A stretch of DNA of 64,000 nucleotides from Candidatus Marinacidobacterales bacterium (GTDB lineage: Bacteria; Acidobacteriota; Vicinamibacteria; Marinacidobacterales; SMYC01): positions 1,920,001-1,984,000 of the forward strand of contig CBDCYI010000005.1 in assembly GCA_965224085.1 (NCBI GenBank), given 5' to 3'. Both the position numbers and the translations under genes were made by a program. Positions 19,615 through 32,449 of this stretch are shown one piece after another (within the stretch, counting starts at the first letter, position 1; every line of letters begins with the position of its first letter). The notes beneath the pieces were generated by a model. That model worked only from the letters and a program-made list of their open reading frames with translations. It did not search any database and was not told where the DNA came from.

Positions 19615-21276
19615 TCACAGCGTTTTGACGAGCACTCGCTGTTTCTCCCAATCGTCGGGAAGCGGATGATGCAAGAGGTAGCTCGAGGTCAGCCCAACGG
19701 GCTGGCGGCCTTCGACAATGGCGCGGACGATGTCGGGAGCCAGGAAGGCATAACGGATTGCCTTGCGCACGCGGTCCGTTGGGATGGCGTTTTCGGTGGC
19801 AATCTGCTCATAGGTTTTGCCTGCTTTGATTCGGTCGAGCCAGGAGAGGGCGTTTCTGATATTGCGCAGGAGTGTGCGGTCGACGGATTTCGTGGGGTTG
19901 CCCAGAACAAGCTTGGTCTCGACGCCGCGTCGACGCAAGCGGAACGGTGCGAGGATGCGGAGTGCATCCTCGCGAATGCGTTCGGGTCCCATAAAGAGGC
20001 AAGCAGCGAACGCATTGCGGTCGAGCAGGATGGACACAGAGCCGGGGCTGATGTCGACCCGCCGGATAAGACGGAGCAGGGGGGCTGCCGAGGCACTATC
20101 ATCATTACTACCGGAACACAGCCCGTCTAAAAAGCGACGCACCGAGGCGAGCTCTTGCATCGTCGGAGTGTGGATCAACGAGGCCGAGAAGGTCGTGGCA
20201 TCCACATGCTGTCGGATGAGATGCACGACGGTCTGTTCCAGCATCGGGGCGGGCAGTCGCCAGCCGGAGAGGTCCTTTTGGCCACTGTGCTGGATGAGGC
20301 GCCGGGAGACGTAGTAGCGGAGCCGTTGCCCGTTTTTCTTTTTGGTGTGGCTCGGCGTCAGCCGGTCGCCGGTCTCGTCGAAGAGCTTGCCTGCCAGTGG
20401 GGAACGGGCTGCACGGCCCTTCGTCGTGCGTCTCCTTGGTTTGGCAGCCCCTGCCTGCAGCTGCGTTTGGACCGCGTCCCAGAGCTCCGGAGCAATGATC
20501 GATGGATGCTGGCCCTCGTAGACACGCCTCTGGTGCCGGATGCGGCCGGCGTAAAGAGGATTGGTCAGCAGGCAGTGGAGGTGTCCGCGACGGAACGGCA
20601 GCCCGCCCGTTCGGGTTCCATCCGCGGTGAAGCGTTGCTTGGTACGCAGTCCCAGACGGTCCGCCTCGGCCTTCACCTGCCGGAGCGTTCCGTGCTTCCG
20701 GTACAGCGCATAGAGCATCCGGACCGTTTCGGCCTCAGCCTCGTTGATGCGCAGCGTGCGCTCGTCCTTCTCATAGCCGAGCGGTACGCGGCCGCCCATC
20801 CATAGTCCCTTGCGCTTGGAGGCAGCGACCTTATCGCGGATCCGCTCGGCCGTGACCTCGCGTTCGAATTGTGCGAAGGACAGCAGCATATGCAGCGTCA
20901 GTCGTCCCATGCTGGTCGCGGTGTTGAAGGACTGAGTCACCGAGACGAAAACCGCGCCGGCCGCCTCGAGCCGTTCGACGAGCTTCGCAAAGTCGGAGAG
21001 GGAACGGGTCAGCCGGTCGACCTTGTAGACCACAATCTGCTCTACGAGACCTGCGTCGATGTCGGCGAGCAAGCGCTGCAGGCCCGGGCGCTCCAGGGTT
21101 CCTCCCGAGAGCCCCGCGTCCTCGTAGACGGTTGGCAGCAGCACCCAGCCCTCCGCTTTCTGGCTCGCGACATATGCGGCGCAGGCTTCTCGCTGTGCAT
21201 CGAGGGAGTTGAACTCCTGTTCGAGACCCTCTTCCGCGCTCTTTCGTGTATAGATGGCACAACGGATTTTCTTCAT
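19615..21276 (-). CDS. Large serine recombinase
   Basis: CAIYTRKS, DAGLSG, VYKVDRLTRS, FAQFERE and a recombinase domain (LLTNPLYAG). Confidence 0.93.
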   Translation of the reverse strand: MKKIRCAIYTRKSAEEGLEQEFNSLDAQREACAAYVASQKAEGWVLLPTVYEDAGLSGGTLERPGLQRLLADIDAGLVEQIVVYKVDRLTRSLSDFAKLVERLEAAGAVFVSVTQSFNTATSMGRLTLHMLLSFAQFEREVTAERIRDKVAASKRKGLWMGGRVPLGYEKDERTLRINEAEAETVRMLYALYRKHGTLRQVKAEADRLGLRTKQRFTADGTRTGGLPFRRGHLHCLLTNPLYAGRIRHQRRVYEGQHPSIIAPELWDAVQTQLQAGAAKPRRRTTKGRAARSPLAGKLFDETGDRLTPSHTKKKNGQRLRYYVSRRLIQHSGQKDLSGWRLPAPMLEQTVVHLIRQHVDATTFSASLIHTPTMQELASVRRFLDGLCSGSNDDSASAAPLLRLIRRVDISPGSVSILLDRNAFAACLFMGPERIREDALRILAPFRLRRRGVETKLVLGNPTKSVDRTLLRNIRNALSWLDRIKAGKTYEQIATENAIPTDRVRKAIRYAFLAPDIVRAIVEGRQPVGLTSSYLLHHPLPDDWEKQRVLVKTL

Positions 21277-21277
21277 G

Positions 21278-21744
21278 TTAGGCCTTGCGCTTGGGCGTCA
21301 GACCGAAAAAGCGTGGTCCTGACCAGTGGGTGCCGGTGATTCGCTTTGTGATGGCGGTGAGGGACGGATAGGTTTTGCCGTCGAACCGATAGCCGCTGTC
21401 GATTACCTCGACCTGGTAGGTTCGGCCATTCCACTCGCGGACGAGATGCGTGCCGGCAGAAACGGAACCTGCGGGAGAAGAGTGTTCTGGTGTGCCGTTC
21501 ACCATGGCAGCCAGAGCGCGCCGGGTTGTAGCCGAAAGCCCCCATGGGTCCGGCACTGGCGTTCGTACGTCAGAACGCGGCGCATGAAGATACGTGAGAG
21601 CGAGCGCAAGGGAGCAGCCCCGAACGTTTGCTCCCTGACCCGCCGCAGGCTGGCGACGTCCAAACCTTCCAGAACGCCGTTTCGGCCAGCCCCTGTATCC
21701 CTTCGCATCACCGAACGTTCGCTCTTCTGCTCGATAAAGTCCAA
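21278..21744 (-). pseudogene. DUF2924-family protein, frameshifted
   Basis: GTHLVREWNGRTYQVEV...YPSLTAITKRITGTHWSGPRFFGL, with the N-terminus in another frame. This is the usual partner of this recombinase family. Confidence 0.8.
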
Positions 21745-21745
21745 T

Positions 21746-23001
21746 CTAATTAGTTCCTGTCCAGAAACACCATAACTTGTTGTGTACGAGAGGCCTATCG
21801 AAGATGTGGGTATTATACGTTTTCAGTCGGCACCTTCCCATCCAAGATCACGCAATCCAAAATCATCGAGGACGAGCCACCAGTCAAACACACCTTGTGA
21901 CCGTAGAGAGTCTCGCGCCGGTCTTCGTAGAGTTCGAGCTTGACCGGTGCGAATAATGTCGGTGTGTTCTTCGAAGATCGAAACGACCTTTTCCTCCGCA
22001 GGCACACGCTCTTCATCAATCACTCTACGCCGAGTTTGGTTGATGACTTTTTCGGTGAGGACGAGAAAGTGCTTAAAATCCGCGGCGATCTTCTCCGCAC
22101 TCGCTCGCTTCACCGGCTCGGTCAAGCCGGACTCGTCCAACTGGTCTGCAACGCGTTGAGCGGAGCGATAGGTTTCTTCCGACACCTTCAGTAGATCTCG
22201 ATAGACGCGACGCCTTTGTTCCTTATCCTTCGCGTTTAGAACTCCCAGTCGACGTCTCTTCGCTCGACGCGTTCGATTGCCGAAGACCACTACTGTACCC
22301 AGCAGTTCGCGAGTTCGGCACATGAGGCGAGTGAGAACTCGGACGCAGTCATAAAGAAGCTCGGAGTCCGTAGGAGAATGAATATTCGACTCCACTACCG
22401 TTCAGTCCACTCGTACTTTTCTTCCTTTTTCGATCGCGGTCTTCTCGGCAACACTCACCAACTCTCGGTTGATTTTCTCCAGCGTTTCGAACTTCACGGC
22501 TTTGATGTTTGCTGCTAGGGTCGACTTCGACGGGCTCGGCTCTATGATGCCGAGCTGGCAAAACGTCCGATAGCTTCGAGAGTCTGCCAAGTGAAACGCC
22601 AACTCCCGATAGGTGAACTGATTCAGCTGCTTGACCAACAACGCCCGGAGAACCTGCTCCGCGCTCATTCCCCCACGACCAACATCGCTCCCTGCCGATG
22701 GGGTGACCGACCTCAGGTCTTGCAGTACCAGCTCATTGAGCTTAGGATGGGCATCGAGCAGCGATGATATCGTTTCGAGTTCGCGTGCGTGCTCCAGCTC
22801 CAGCCAGGGCTCGCGAAGGCTTGGTTGTGGGTTGATCGTTTTTCGCATTTAGGGCTGGTCTCCTTTGGAGTTAAGTCGTTTAGAATCTGCGTTTTTGTCG
22901 ACTCGATACTAAAACGACACTCCCTCAGAAGGCTAGCCCTAAATTTGCGATTACCCCTTTTTTCTCAACCTCTTACACCTGTCAGGACGGGTACTAATTA
23001 G
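21746..23001 (-). mobile_element. ISNCY/IS5-like element with a disrupted transposase (stop at 22402, 3' deletion)
   Basis: Imperfect IRs TTAGTTCCTGTCC and GGACGGGTACTAA, with CTAATTAG at both boundaries. Protein motifs VRVD*TVVESNIHSPTDS, KVVSIFEEHT, YGHKV. Confidence 0.8.
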
Positions 23002-23399
23002 GGACTTCCGGGTGCGAAGCTCACTGCCCGCAACTCGCCCCACAGCCGATTTGAGCCAGCCGTGCGCACCCACGGTGGGCCTGTCGATCGCCACCCGCAG
23101 CCCAGTGGTCGGAAGCCAGCCCTGCAGCGCGAAATACCCTCGATTCCGCGCGGATTCCAAGGGCGTCTAAGCTGCTGATTTGTGGTCTATTTCAAAAGGG
23201 CTGAGTTTTGGCACAGGTCGGGATCTGGTCGGTATCCGCGGCCGCCAGCGAAAAAGCGGCGACCAGCGCGAAGACTAGCACGGTAGTTGAGCTTTTCATT
23301 CTAACCTCCCTGTCTGGCGGCGCCAGGTTACCGGTGCCCCTCAGATGCGTCAAGCGGAGCCTACTTCGCGACCCCGGAAGACCGGGCAGCCGTCGAGCA

Positions 23400-24857
23400 T
23401 CACCTGTTCGGACTACGTGATCTCAGGATCTGCTGGGCGCACATGTAGCCCGTGGTCCCCGCTACCGAGCCTCCAGGGTAGCCCGCGGCGCCACAGTAGT
23501 AGATGTCGTCGTTCGCGCCGAATCGGTAGAAGCTCGCGTCCGGATCGGTCGAGAAATGCCGGTGACAGAAGTTCTGCCCTTCAGTCATCATCGTGTGATC
23601 GATGTTTCCTTCTGGGAACAGGAACCGCTCTTTGAGATCGAGCGGGGACAACATGCGTGACCATGCGAGATCGCCGGGGTTGTCGATATTTGCGAGCACG
23701 GTTTCTCGGATGAAGTGAGCGACGTCGGGCAACTCGTCTCCGCGCTTGGCGAAGCGCACGTTCTTGAAAAACGCGATCACGCGCTCGTAGGGCTCGTCGA
23801 CTCCCATGTGGCGCATGCCAGCGCCATCGCAATAGAGCTGGATGTAGCCGGGCTCGAAATCGGACTCGGTCACGACGCGTTGCGCGCCGTTCTCCATAGA
23901 GTCGAGCGAATCGTTCGAAAAGATGAAGCGGAATGCGGTGTCCGTTTCCGGCGAATCTTTCCAGCGCACCGGCTCGCGGAACAACAGCGTGAGCTTGCCG
24001 GATGTTCCCAGGTAGTGCCGCTCGGGCGCCGGCTGTCCGCAGAGCTTCGCCGCGGTCACGGGGTCGGTGGCGAGGACGACGATGTCCGCGTCCAAGTCAT
24101 CGACGCTCGCGATCGGTGACGACGTCTTCATGCTCACGCCGAGCGCGACGTTGAGCCGCGCGAGCTCCTCGGTGATCTTCCAGATGCCACCCTTGACGAA
24201 TCCGTAGTAGCCACCGAACACCGAGCCCGAATCGAGGAGCGGCACGTTGAAAGCCGACAACCGCGCGTCGAGCGATACTGGACCGCTCTCGATGACGGTC
24301 ATCGCCATATACAACTTGGTGAGATCCGAAGTGAAGGAGTGATCGAGGAGCGCGCGCGCGGAGCCTTCGATGAAGCGCTCGGTCAGCTCTTCTCCGAGGT
24401 CTCGACGCGCGTCTTCAAGGCTCGGTGCGCGGGCCGCGCGATAACCGTCTCGTAGAAACGCGACTACGCGTGCTTCGTCCGAGCGGAAGTCGGCGACGTT
24501 CCCTTGCTCACCGCACTTGTCGCGAAGCTCTTGCTCTAGTGCTTGGGGGTCGCGGTGGATGTACACGGGCTCGGGAACGCCCGGGAAGTGAACAAGCTTC
24601 GGGTGCGGGGGCGCCCACGTCTTGAGCCGACTCGAAAGGCCGGTCTCTTCGAGCACGAAGTCCTGCATGAACCCGAGCACGGTGGCTCCGAGCGGAAACT
24701 CGTAGTCGACACCGTCGACGGTGACCGCTTCGGAAACGCACGCGCCGCCGACGTGCGGGCGTCGTTCGTGGAGGGTGACGCCGGCTCCGCCGCGCGCGAG
24801 ATAGTTCGCGGCCACGAGACCGTTGATGCCGCCTCCGACGATGGCGATACGTGTCAT
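23400..24857 (-). CDS. FAD-dependent oxidoreductase (phytoene-dehydrogenase-like)
   Basis: IVGGGING, HVGGAC, KGGIWK, GNIDH and YPGGSVAG..G motifs. Confidence 0.85.
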   Translation of the reverse strand: MTRIAIVGGGINGLVAANYLARGGAGVTLHERRPHVGGACVSEAVTVDGVDYEFPLGATVLGFMQDFVLEETGLSSRLKTWAPPHPKLVHFPGVPEPVYIHRDPQALEQELRDKCGEQGNVADFRSDEARVVAFLRDGYRAARAPSLEDARRDLGEELTERFIEGSARALLDHSFTSDLTKLYMAMTVIESGPVSLDARLSAFNVPLLDSGSVFGGYYGFVKGGIWKITEELARLNVALGVSMKTSSPIASVDDLDADIVVLATDPVTAAKLCGQPAPERHYLGTSGKLTLLFREPVRWKDSPETDTAFRFIFSNDSLDSMENGAQRVVTESDFEPGYIQLYCDGAGMRHMGVDEPYERVIAFFKNVRFAKRGDELPDVAHFIRETVLANIDNPGDLAWSRMLSPLDLKERFLFPEGNIDHTMMTEGQNFCHRHFSTDPDASFYRFGANDDIYYCGAAGYPGGSVAGTTGYMCAQQILRSRSPNR

Positions 24858-25445
24858 GGCTCATTCTATTATCTCGCGGGTGCTTGCGCTGTTTGCTGTT
24901 GGTGATGTGTACGTATCCCTTTGCAAAAAAGAGCTTCCGCTCCATTTAGCGTGCGGCGAAGGTCGAGAGTGCTATTTTGGCTGTACTTTAATGCAACGTG
25001 AAGCTTAGCGTCATCTCACCAACACTTAATGGCGGAAGCACCAGTCGTAGATCGCGAGCGCGCCGCAGCGGGGAGGATGGTCTGTGTTCTCAACGACCCG
25101 GGATCGACGGAGGCGGCTCCGAAGCCCTGTACGCTTGCCGAAGCATCAGTGCAGCGAAAGCGTGTGTTGCGGGAAGAGTCGGTAGGAAATGTCTGTGTAC
25201 AAGGCCTCATCCCGCGCCTCTGGCGCGAGGCCAGCATCCTCTCGCGCCTTTGGCGCGAGTCAGTCAGATCGTCTCGCGCCGGCAAGAAGAGGGTGAACCT
25301 GCTGTGCGACAATAGTGAGCCCCAGCCGCTACAAACGACCGGGGTTCTGATGTTTGGATGGCCCCCGGAGGAGGCGCTCCACTACAAGTTGAAGCTAGCC
25401 TCTCACATCCGGGCGGCCATCGTCCAGCACTTTGCTGAGTTCCGA

Positions 25446-25860
25446 ATGGCCACCAAACCTGTCGTTCTTCTCCGGCTTTTCTGCCGCAACAAAAGCTGTG
25501 GGATGCCTTTCTTCATCTGCAAGTCATGTTACCAGGGACAGTGCTACTGCGGTCCAACCTGCCGTGACGAAACCCGGCGATAAGAACCAGCGCGAAAATA
25601 ACCGAAATTACCAGAAAGGTTTCAACTCACGAAAACTCCACGCGGCTCGGCAACAGAATTATCGTCTACGCCAGGCGGCGAAAATAGTGACGGAGCAAGG
25701 GTTCATTCACCCCAGTAATTCTGGCAGTCTAGGAGTTCGTGAAATTCAAGCTAGTGGCCCGATGGCTCATTCAATGAAAACGAAGATTGACAGTATCAGA
25801 TATGCCAAATGCTGTATCTGCGGCCGACGCGGGAGGCTAAAGGATGTCGAAGCTGGGTAA
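25446..25860 (+). pseudogene. Cys-rich Zn-binding protein of the type found beside IS21-like transposases, with an internal stop
   Basis: LFC..KSC..FFICKSCYQGQCYCGPTC...RR*KNQRENNRNYQ...HAARQQNYR. Family assignment is from recall. Confidence 0.45.
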
Positions 25861-26260
25861 TGAACCGCTCACGAGCGATGCTCTGACAGAAAACAATTAC
25901 GTCCGGACGATTTTGGACCTCTATCTTTCCATTCCGAACACACCTGAGCGGCCACGGCGCGACGACCGCTTCATCGCGACGCAGCTCTACCGCCAAGGAG
26001 TCCCGTTACACGAATTCGAGTGTGCCCTACTTCTGGGTTGCGCTCGTAGGGAGCTACAAGAACATGAGGAGCCACTGCAGCCCATTCGCTCCCTTCGTTA
26101 TTTTTCACCTGTGCTCCAGGAAGTGCAAAGTCAATATCTAGACCCGCCTTATGTTCTTTACATTCGAGAAAAACTCTCGGACGTGCTTCGCCCGAAACTA
26201 CCGAGAAAAAACCGAGCACGAACTCGTGGCATCGCGCGACAACTCCGATTGCCATGGTAG
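25844..26260 (+). CDS. Hypothetical protein, mobile-element accessory type
   Basis: YVRTILDLY..P.TP.RPRRDDR...IRSLRYF pattern; overlaps the upstream gene. Confidence 0.5.
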   Translation: MSKLGNEPLTSDALTENNYVRTILDLYLSIPNTPERPRRDDRFIATQLYRQGVPLHEFECALLLGCARRELQEHEEPLQPIRSLRYFSPVLQEVQSQYLDPPYVLYIREKLSDVLRPKLPRKNRARTRGIARQLRLPW

Positions 26261-26467
26261 AGCAAATATCACGATGAGCTTGGACTATTTTCGATTTCGT
26301 CAGCAGCTTGCCGGCAACGCCATACGTCGCCCTGCGCTCCTAGCGCCAGGAATGGACATGCGTGCCGGCAATTCTTTTGTGATGGACATCCAGTGGGGAG
26401 TTGCGCTTCGAGCGCCAGTACAGGGGCCGATGAAACATCACATGCGCTGGCGGAAATGAGTTCTTCC

Positions 26468-26522
26468 ATGAATCAACTCAAATACGACTTCTTCGTCGGT
26501 ATCGACCTTCATGCGCGCTCAT
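26468..26522 (+). pseudogene. IS110-family transposase N-terminal stub
   Basis: MNQLKYDFFVGIDLHARS, then the similarity stops abruptly. Confidence 0.55.
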
Positions 26523-26757
26523 TCGGAGCTCGGCAACCGCGCCGAAGCGCTACGCGCTCTATCATCATTGCCGCGAGCTTCTCAGAGGCGAGCTGGGCGT
26601 CGGCCCGTCGCCGCAGACCGAAGCGGTCTATCTGAAGATCCTGAAAGCCGGATGATCACTCGCGGTTTGTGGTAGAAATCTAGCTTATGGCGGGAGCTTG
26701 GGAGTTGTCGGAGAAACCCTCGGTCGTCATCACCGGCGCGTCGAGCGAGGTTGACTT

Positions 26758-27000
26758 TTGAAACGACGCGATGTCTTGCGCTCGCTCATCGGTGTCGCCG
26801 GCGTTGGCGCCGCGCTTCCGGGCGAAGCACAGGCGTTGTCGCCCGCTGCAGTGGAAGAGCTCATGCGCGCGCATGGGCTCGAGCCGCAGCCGGGCGAGGG
26901 TGCTACGGTCCTGGCTTTCCTCCTGTCGGTACGCCCGCGAACACTACCGGCTCCACGCATCGAGCCGGCTATCCGGATGGATCCGGAGGTCGACGCGTGA
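26758..27000 (+). CDS. Small Tat-signal protein, GatC/AtzG-like candidate
   Basis: MKRRDVL twin-arginine signal, AQA cleavage site and a C-terminal EPA. Overlaps the amidase start (GTGA). Confidence 0.55.
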   Translation: MKRRDVLRSLIGVAGVGAALPGEAQALSPAAVEELMRAHGLEPQPGEGATVLAFLLSVRPRTLPAPRIEPAIRMDPEVDA

Positions 27001-28392
27001 GGGTCGCGCCCGAGCTTCTCGTCGCTCCTCTCCACGAGCTATCCGCACTCCTCGACAAAGGAGAGATCACTTCCGAGGAGCTCGTCCGAGCCACGATTGA
27101 ACGGACCGAGGCGCTCGAGCCCGAGCTCAACAGTTACATCACGTTTCTTCCCGAGCGTGCGCTCGAAGCGTCACGCCGCTCGGATGAACAACGACGGCGC
27201 GGCGAAAGCAAAAGCCTACTTCACGGCATCCCGATAAGCTTGAAGGACGTGTTCGACACCGCGGAGATCGCGACCACGGCGGGCGCGCGCTTTCTGAAGA
27301 ACCACGAGCCGACAACGGACGCTGAAGTCACCCGACGCCTCGACGAGGCCGGCACGATCCTTATGGGAAAAGCCAACTTGAACAAGTTCGCAGGCGGCGA
27401 GTCAGGCGAGAACCCCGACTTCGGCAACATGCGGAATCCGTGGAATCGCAATTATTCGCCGAGCGGATCGAGCGGCGGCTCAGCGGCGCAAGTCGCCACG
27501 GGCCTCGCGGCGCTCTCTGTCGGTTCGGATAACGGCGGCTCCGTCCGAAACCCCGCCTCGGTATGTAACGTCGTCGGGCTCAAACCGACCCACGGCCGCA
27601 TCAGCACCGAGGGGATGTTTCCTCGGGCTTATTCGATCGATCACGCGGGTCCGATCACGCGCACCGTGAAAGACGCCGCCATCGTGATGCGCGTGCTCGC
27701 CGGGCACCGCGACGGCGACACGACGACGAGCCGGCGCGGTGTCCCCGACTACGAGGCGGAGCTCGACGGGTCGGTGCGCGGCACGAAGCTGGGCATCGAT
27801 CGCGAGCTTGCGCGCGTCGCCGAGCCCGCGGTCACGCGCATCTTCGAGCGCGCCCTCAGAAAGCTCGAAGAGATCGGCTGCGAGAATCGTCGACCTCAGC
27901 CTCCCGACGCCAGAAGAGATGACAGAGGCGATGTATCTCATCTTTTTGTGCGAGTGGGGCGCCGGACACGAGCCGTGGATGCGGGACCGACCCGAAGAAT
28001 ATGGAGGCGGTGCGCGCGGCGCGCTCTTGATTCCGGCTGTCGACTATCTGAAAGCACAGCGCGAGCGGCGTACGTTTCAAGTACGGGCAGCTCAGGCGAT
28101 GAAGGGCGTTGATCTTCTCCTCTCGCCGACTTATCCGATTGCGCAGCGCTCGCATCGCGGGCTCCCCTCGATCGCGGGACGGCGTCTCGACACCATGGAC
28201 GTGCTACGGTTCACGATGCCTTACGATCTGCTCGGGCTCCCGGCGGTGTCGCTACCTGGCGGCTTCGCGAAAGACGATGCGCCGGTGGGCATCCAAATCG
28301 CTGGGAGGGCGTTTCAAGAGGCTCGCGTGCTGCGCACGGCCTATGCTTACGAGCAAGCGACGGATTGGCACTTGCGACATCCTGATATCTAA
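26997..28392 (+). pseudogene. Amidase-signature enzyme (GatA-like), frameshift near 27885
   Basis: HGIPISLKD, SPSGSSGGSAA, GSDNGGSVRNPAS. The C-terminal half (GLPAVSLP, PVGIQI) is in ORF 27739-28392. Confidence 0.88.
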
Positions 28393-28435
28393 TACCTAGG
28401 AGGGCCCGCGTGGACCCTAACTTTTGGAGCTGAAC

Positions 28436-29851
<1,416 letters not shown>

Positions 29852-29911
29852 ACTTGGATCCTGCGGGGCGGCTCACTCGTTGGTTAACCGCGAAGCAGCT
29901 TCGCGCAACAC

Positions 29912-30250
29912 CTTGACGGTGGAGCGCGGTGGAACGATCGAGCAGCGAGACAAAGAGCTCGATGTCGAGCCGGGAACACGGCGCTTCGCTCGTCCACACC
30001 ACCTCGATGGCCAGATCAGGGCGATGTTCACCGATAAGGTAGCACCTCCTCGGCTCCTGCCCGTTCTCCTTGGGTGGGCTTTTCGAGACCATTCCGTTGT
30101 CGAGCGCGTGAGCCTCGATGAGGCGCCCAATGTAAGACTTGATGCGCTTGTGGTTCCTTAGGGCGCATCAGCTCGAGCACGCCGTCCCAAAAGGCGATAC
30201 GGCGCAGGGGTCGATTGCCGCGCAGGGCGAGCTGAGCCTCATAGTGACTC
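29912..30250 (-). pseudogene. Degenerate Uma2-family endonuclease
   Basis: Minus-strand remnants RIAFWDGVLELM, CYLIGEHRPDLAIEVVWTS; contains stops and frameshifts. Confidence 0.6.
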
Positions 30251-30395
30251 CTTAAAGCACGCCGGGGCTGGGACGCGCGAAAACGCCTCGACGTCTGGGC
30301 GGAGCTTTTGCGAACGCAGACATAAACATTGCCCGGATCGGGAGGTTCTCTCTCCGTTTTGTCGTCTCCAACGTAGATGGAGGTAGAATGAACGT

Positions 30396-30977
30396 ATGGC
30401 GACAGCTGCAGAAACCATTGATCAGCGGCGCTTCACGGTAGAGGAATATCACCGGATGGCAGAGATGAGGATCTTCAAACCGGACGAGCGCGTCGAGCTC
30501 ATCCGTGGCGTGGTGCGACGCATGAGCCCGAAAAACTACGCTCACGTCGTCGCAGCCACGAAACTGTACCAGTCGCTCGTGAAATCCCTCGCCGGACGTG
30601 CGAGCGTCTTCAAGGAAGACCCGCTGAAACTCGTTCGTTTAGATTCGGAACCTGAGCAGGATATCCTCGCGGTTTCCAGCCCAAATATCGAGGACTACGG
30701 AACGGAGAGGTCTAGACCTCTGCTCGTCATCGAGGTCGCGGCGTCATCGCTTCGCTACGATTTGAACGCGAAAGCTCCGCTTTATGCCGAGGCGGACGTT
30801 CCCGAATATTGGATCGTGAACCTCGTTGGCCGCGAGCTCGTGGTCTTTCGCTCTCCGGAGGAAGGCGCCTATCGAGACCGCATCACCTACCGCGCCGAAG
30901 ATCGCGTCGCGCCGGAAGCTTGGCAAGATGTCGTGATCGAGGTCGGCGAGCTCTTTCCCGCCGAAGAGCCGTCCTGA
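30396..30977 (+). CDS. Uma2-family endonuclease-fold protein
   Basis: RRFTVEEYHRM, RVELIRG, LVIEVA.SS..YD, K..LYA...VPEYWIVNL. Confidence 0.9.
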   Translation: MATAAETIDQRRFTVEEYHRMAEMRIFKPDERVELIRGVVRRMSPKNYAHVVAATKLYQSLVKSLAGRASVFKEDPLKLVRLDSEPEQDILAVSSPNIEDYGTERSRPLLVIEVAASSLRYDLNAKAPLYAEADVPEYWIVNLVGRELVVFRSPEEGAYRDRITYRAEDRVAPEAWQDVVIEVGELFPAEEPS

Positions 30978-31050
30978 AGCCTACGAGAACGTAGCCGGTC
31001 GGACTCTGGGCCAGGTACTTTCGACTGACACTCCCGGCCGAAGGCATTTT

Positions 31051-32439
31051 TCATGATATGGATTGATCGGGAACGAGGCTGAAGCCGAGTCGGGTAGCTT
31101 TGCGTCGGAGATTACTCAGGAGGCGTTGCTGGTATTGCCTTTCATAGGCGTCCTGACCGAGCTCAATGAACTCCTCTCCAGTCGCAAGCATGCGGAAGTA
31201 GATGGTCGCTATTTTACGGGCGGTAGCTGTGATGGCCTTTGGAGCACCTCGTCGCGATCGGATTCGTCGATAGAAAGCGCCGAGCGCGGTTTGGGTATTG
31301 CGGACAGCGCACGCGGCGAGGCGAAAGAGTTTTGCAGCACGACTGGAGCTCATTGGGGTTGCCCGGCGAAAGATTCGACCAGCGGACTCCTTATTATTCG
31401 GTGCGAGAGCTAGCCATGAGGTGAAGTGCTTGTCACTTTTCCACGGGCTCATGTCGCAACCGGTTTCTCCTACGAGCTGCAGAACGGCATAGCTACCTAA
31501 GCCGGGAACCCTGGTTAGGTCCACCCCCGTGAGTCCCAATAGAGACTCAGCGAGCGGAAAGCGCGGCCCGTTGCCGCTACGCGCTCGCCGTGTCCGTGGT
31601 TTCGGCTTAGGCCGAGCGTCCTGAGGCCGGGTCTCCAATTTGGACAGGCATCTCTCGATCCGCTTGTCACAGTCTTCCATTTTCTCTTGATAGAAATCGT
31701 ACAACTCCACCGACTGTTGAAGAGCGAAAACATGCTCGCTCCGATAGTTACCTTCTAAGGCTTTCGCGATCGTGGCCTCATCGTTGTGGCAACGTTCATG
31801 CCTCAGTTTTGCTAGGTCACGAGGATCTCGCTCTCCTCTCAAGATCGCTCGGATGATCGCAAGGCCGGTGACTCCGGTCACGTCGCGCAGGACGTGTTGT
31901 AGCTGGAGCCCCATTTGGTTGAGCGCTTTGTGCATATGCTGAATGTGGCGAGCCGCTGACTCCACCAGCGAGCTTCGTTGGCGGGTGTATGCCCTTAGCT
32001 CGCAAATCGCCGATTCCGGCCGAAAGGTTTTTGGGAGTAGCCCGAATGTATGCAGCTGTTGCAGCCACTCCGCATCCGACACGTCTGACTTGCGCCCAGA
32101 TACGTTTTTCACTTTGCGAGCATCGACCAGATAGACTTCAAATCCCTCGTCTTCCAACAACTCGTACAGTGAAATCCAATAAACTCCGGTCGACTCCATC
32201 GCCACCGTGCACACGCCGCACGCCTTCAGCCAATTGGCCAGCTCTCGCAGCGAGCATACAAAGCTCTGAAACGTGCGGACATGTTCGCCCTCAGGAGTGC
32301 GCCCCTTCGGGACTGCCGCCACGATTGACTCCGCTCCAATATCAATCCCTGCAGCATCTAGATTTACCGTGTCGAGCTCGTGCTCCAATTTTTTCCGTCT
32401 TGCTTGACGACTGCTTTTTGTCCTGACGCGACGTGCCAT
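31051..32439 (-). CDS. IS110 DEDD recombinase/transposase
   Basis: RuvC-like AGIDIG, VAMESTG, KSDVSDA; Tnp domain with NNKESAG serine; ITATARK. RBS AGGAG precedes ATG32439. Confidence 0.95.
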   Translation of the reverse strand: MARRVRTKSSRQARRKKLEHELDTVNLDAAGIDIGAESIVAAVPKGRTPEGEHVRTFQSFVCSLRELANWLKACGVCTVAMESTGVYWISLYELLEDEGFEVYLVDARKVKNVSGRKSDVSDAEWLQQLHTFGLLPKTFRPESAICELRAYTRQRSSLVESAARHIQHMHKALNQMGLQLQHVLRDVTGVTGLAIIRAILRGERDPRDLAKLRHERCHNDEATIAKALEGNYRSEHVFALQQSVELYDFYQEKMEDCDKRIERCLSKLETRPQDARPKPKPRTRRARSGNGPRFPLAESLLGLTGVDLTRVPGLGSYAVLQLVGETGCDMSPWKSDKHFTSWLALAPNNKESAGRIFRRATPMSSSRAAKLFRLAACAVRNTQTALGAFYRRIRSRRGAPKAITATARKIATIYFRMLATGEEFIELGQDAYERQYQQRLLSNLRRKATRLGFSLVPDQSIS

Positions 32440-32449
32440 TTCTCGCTCC

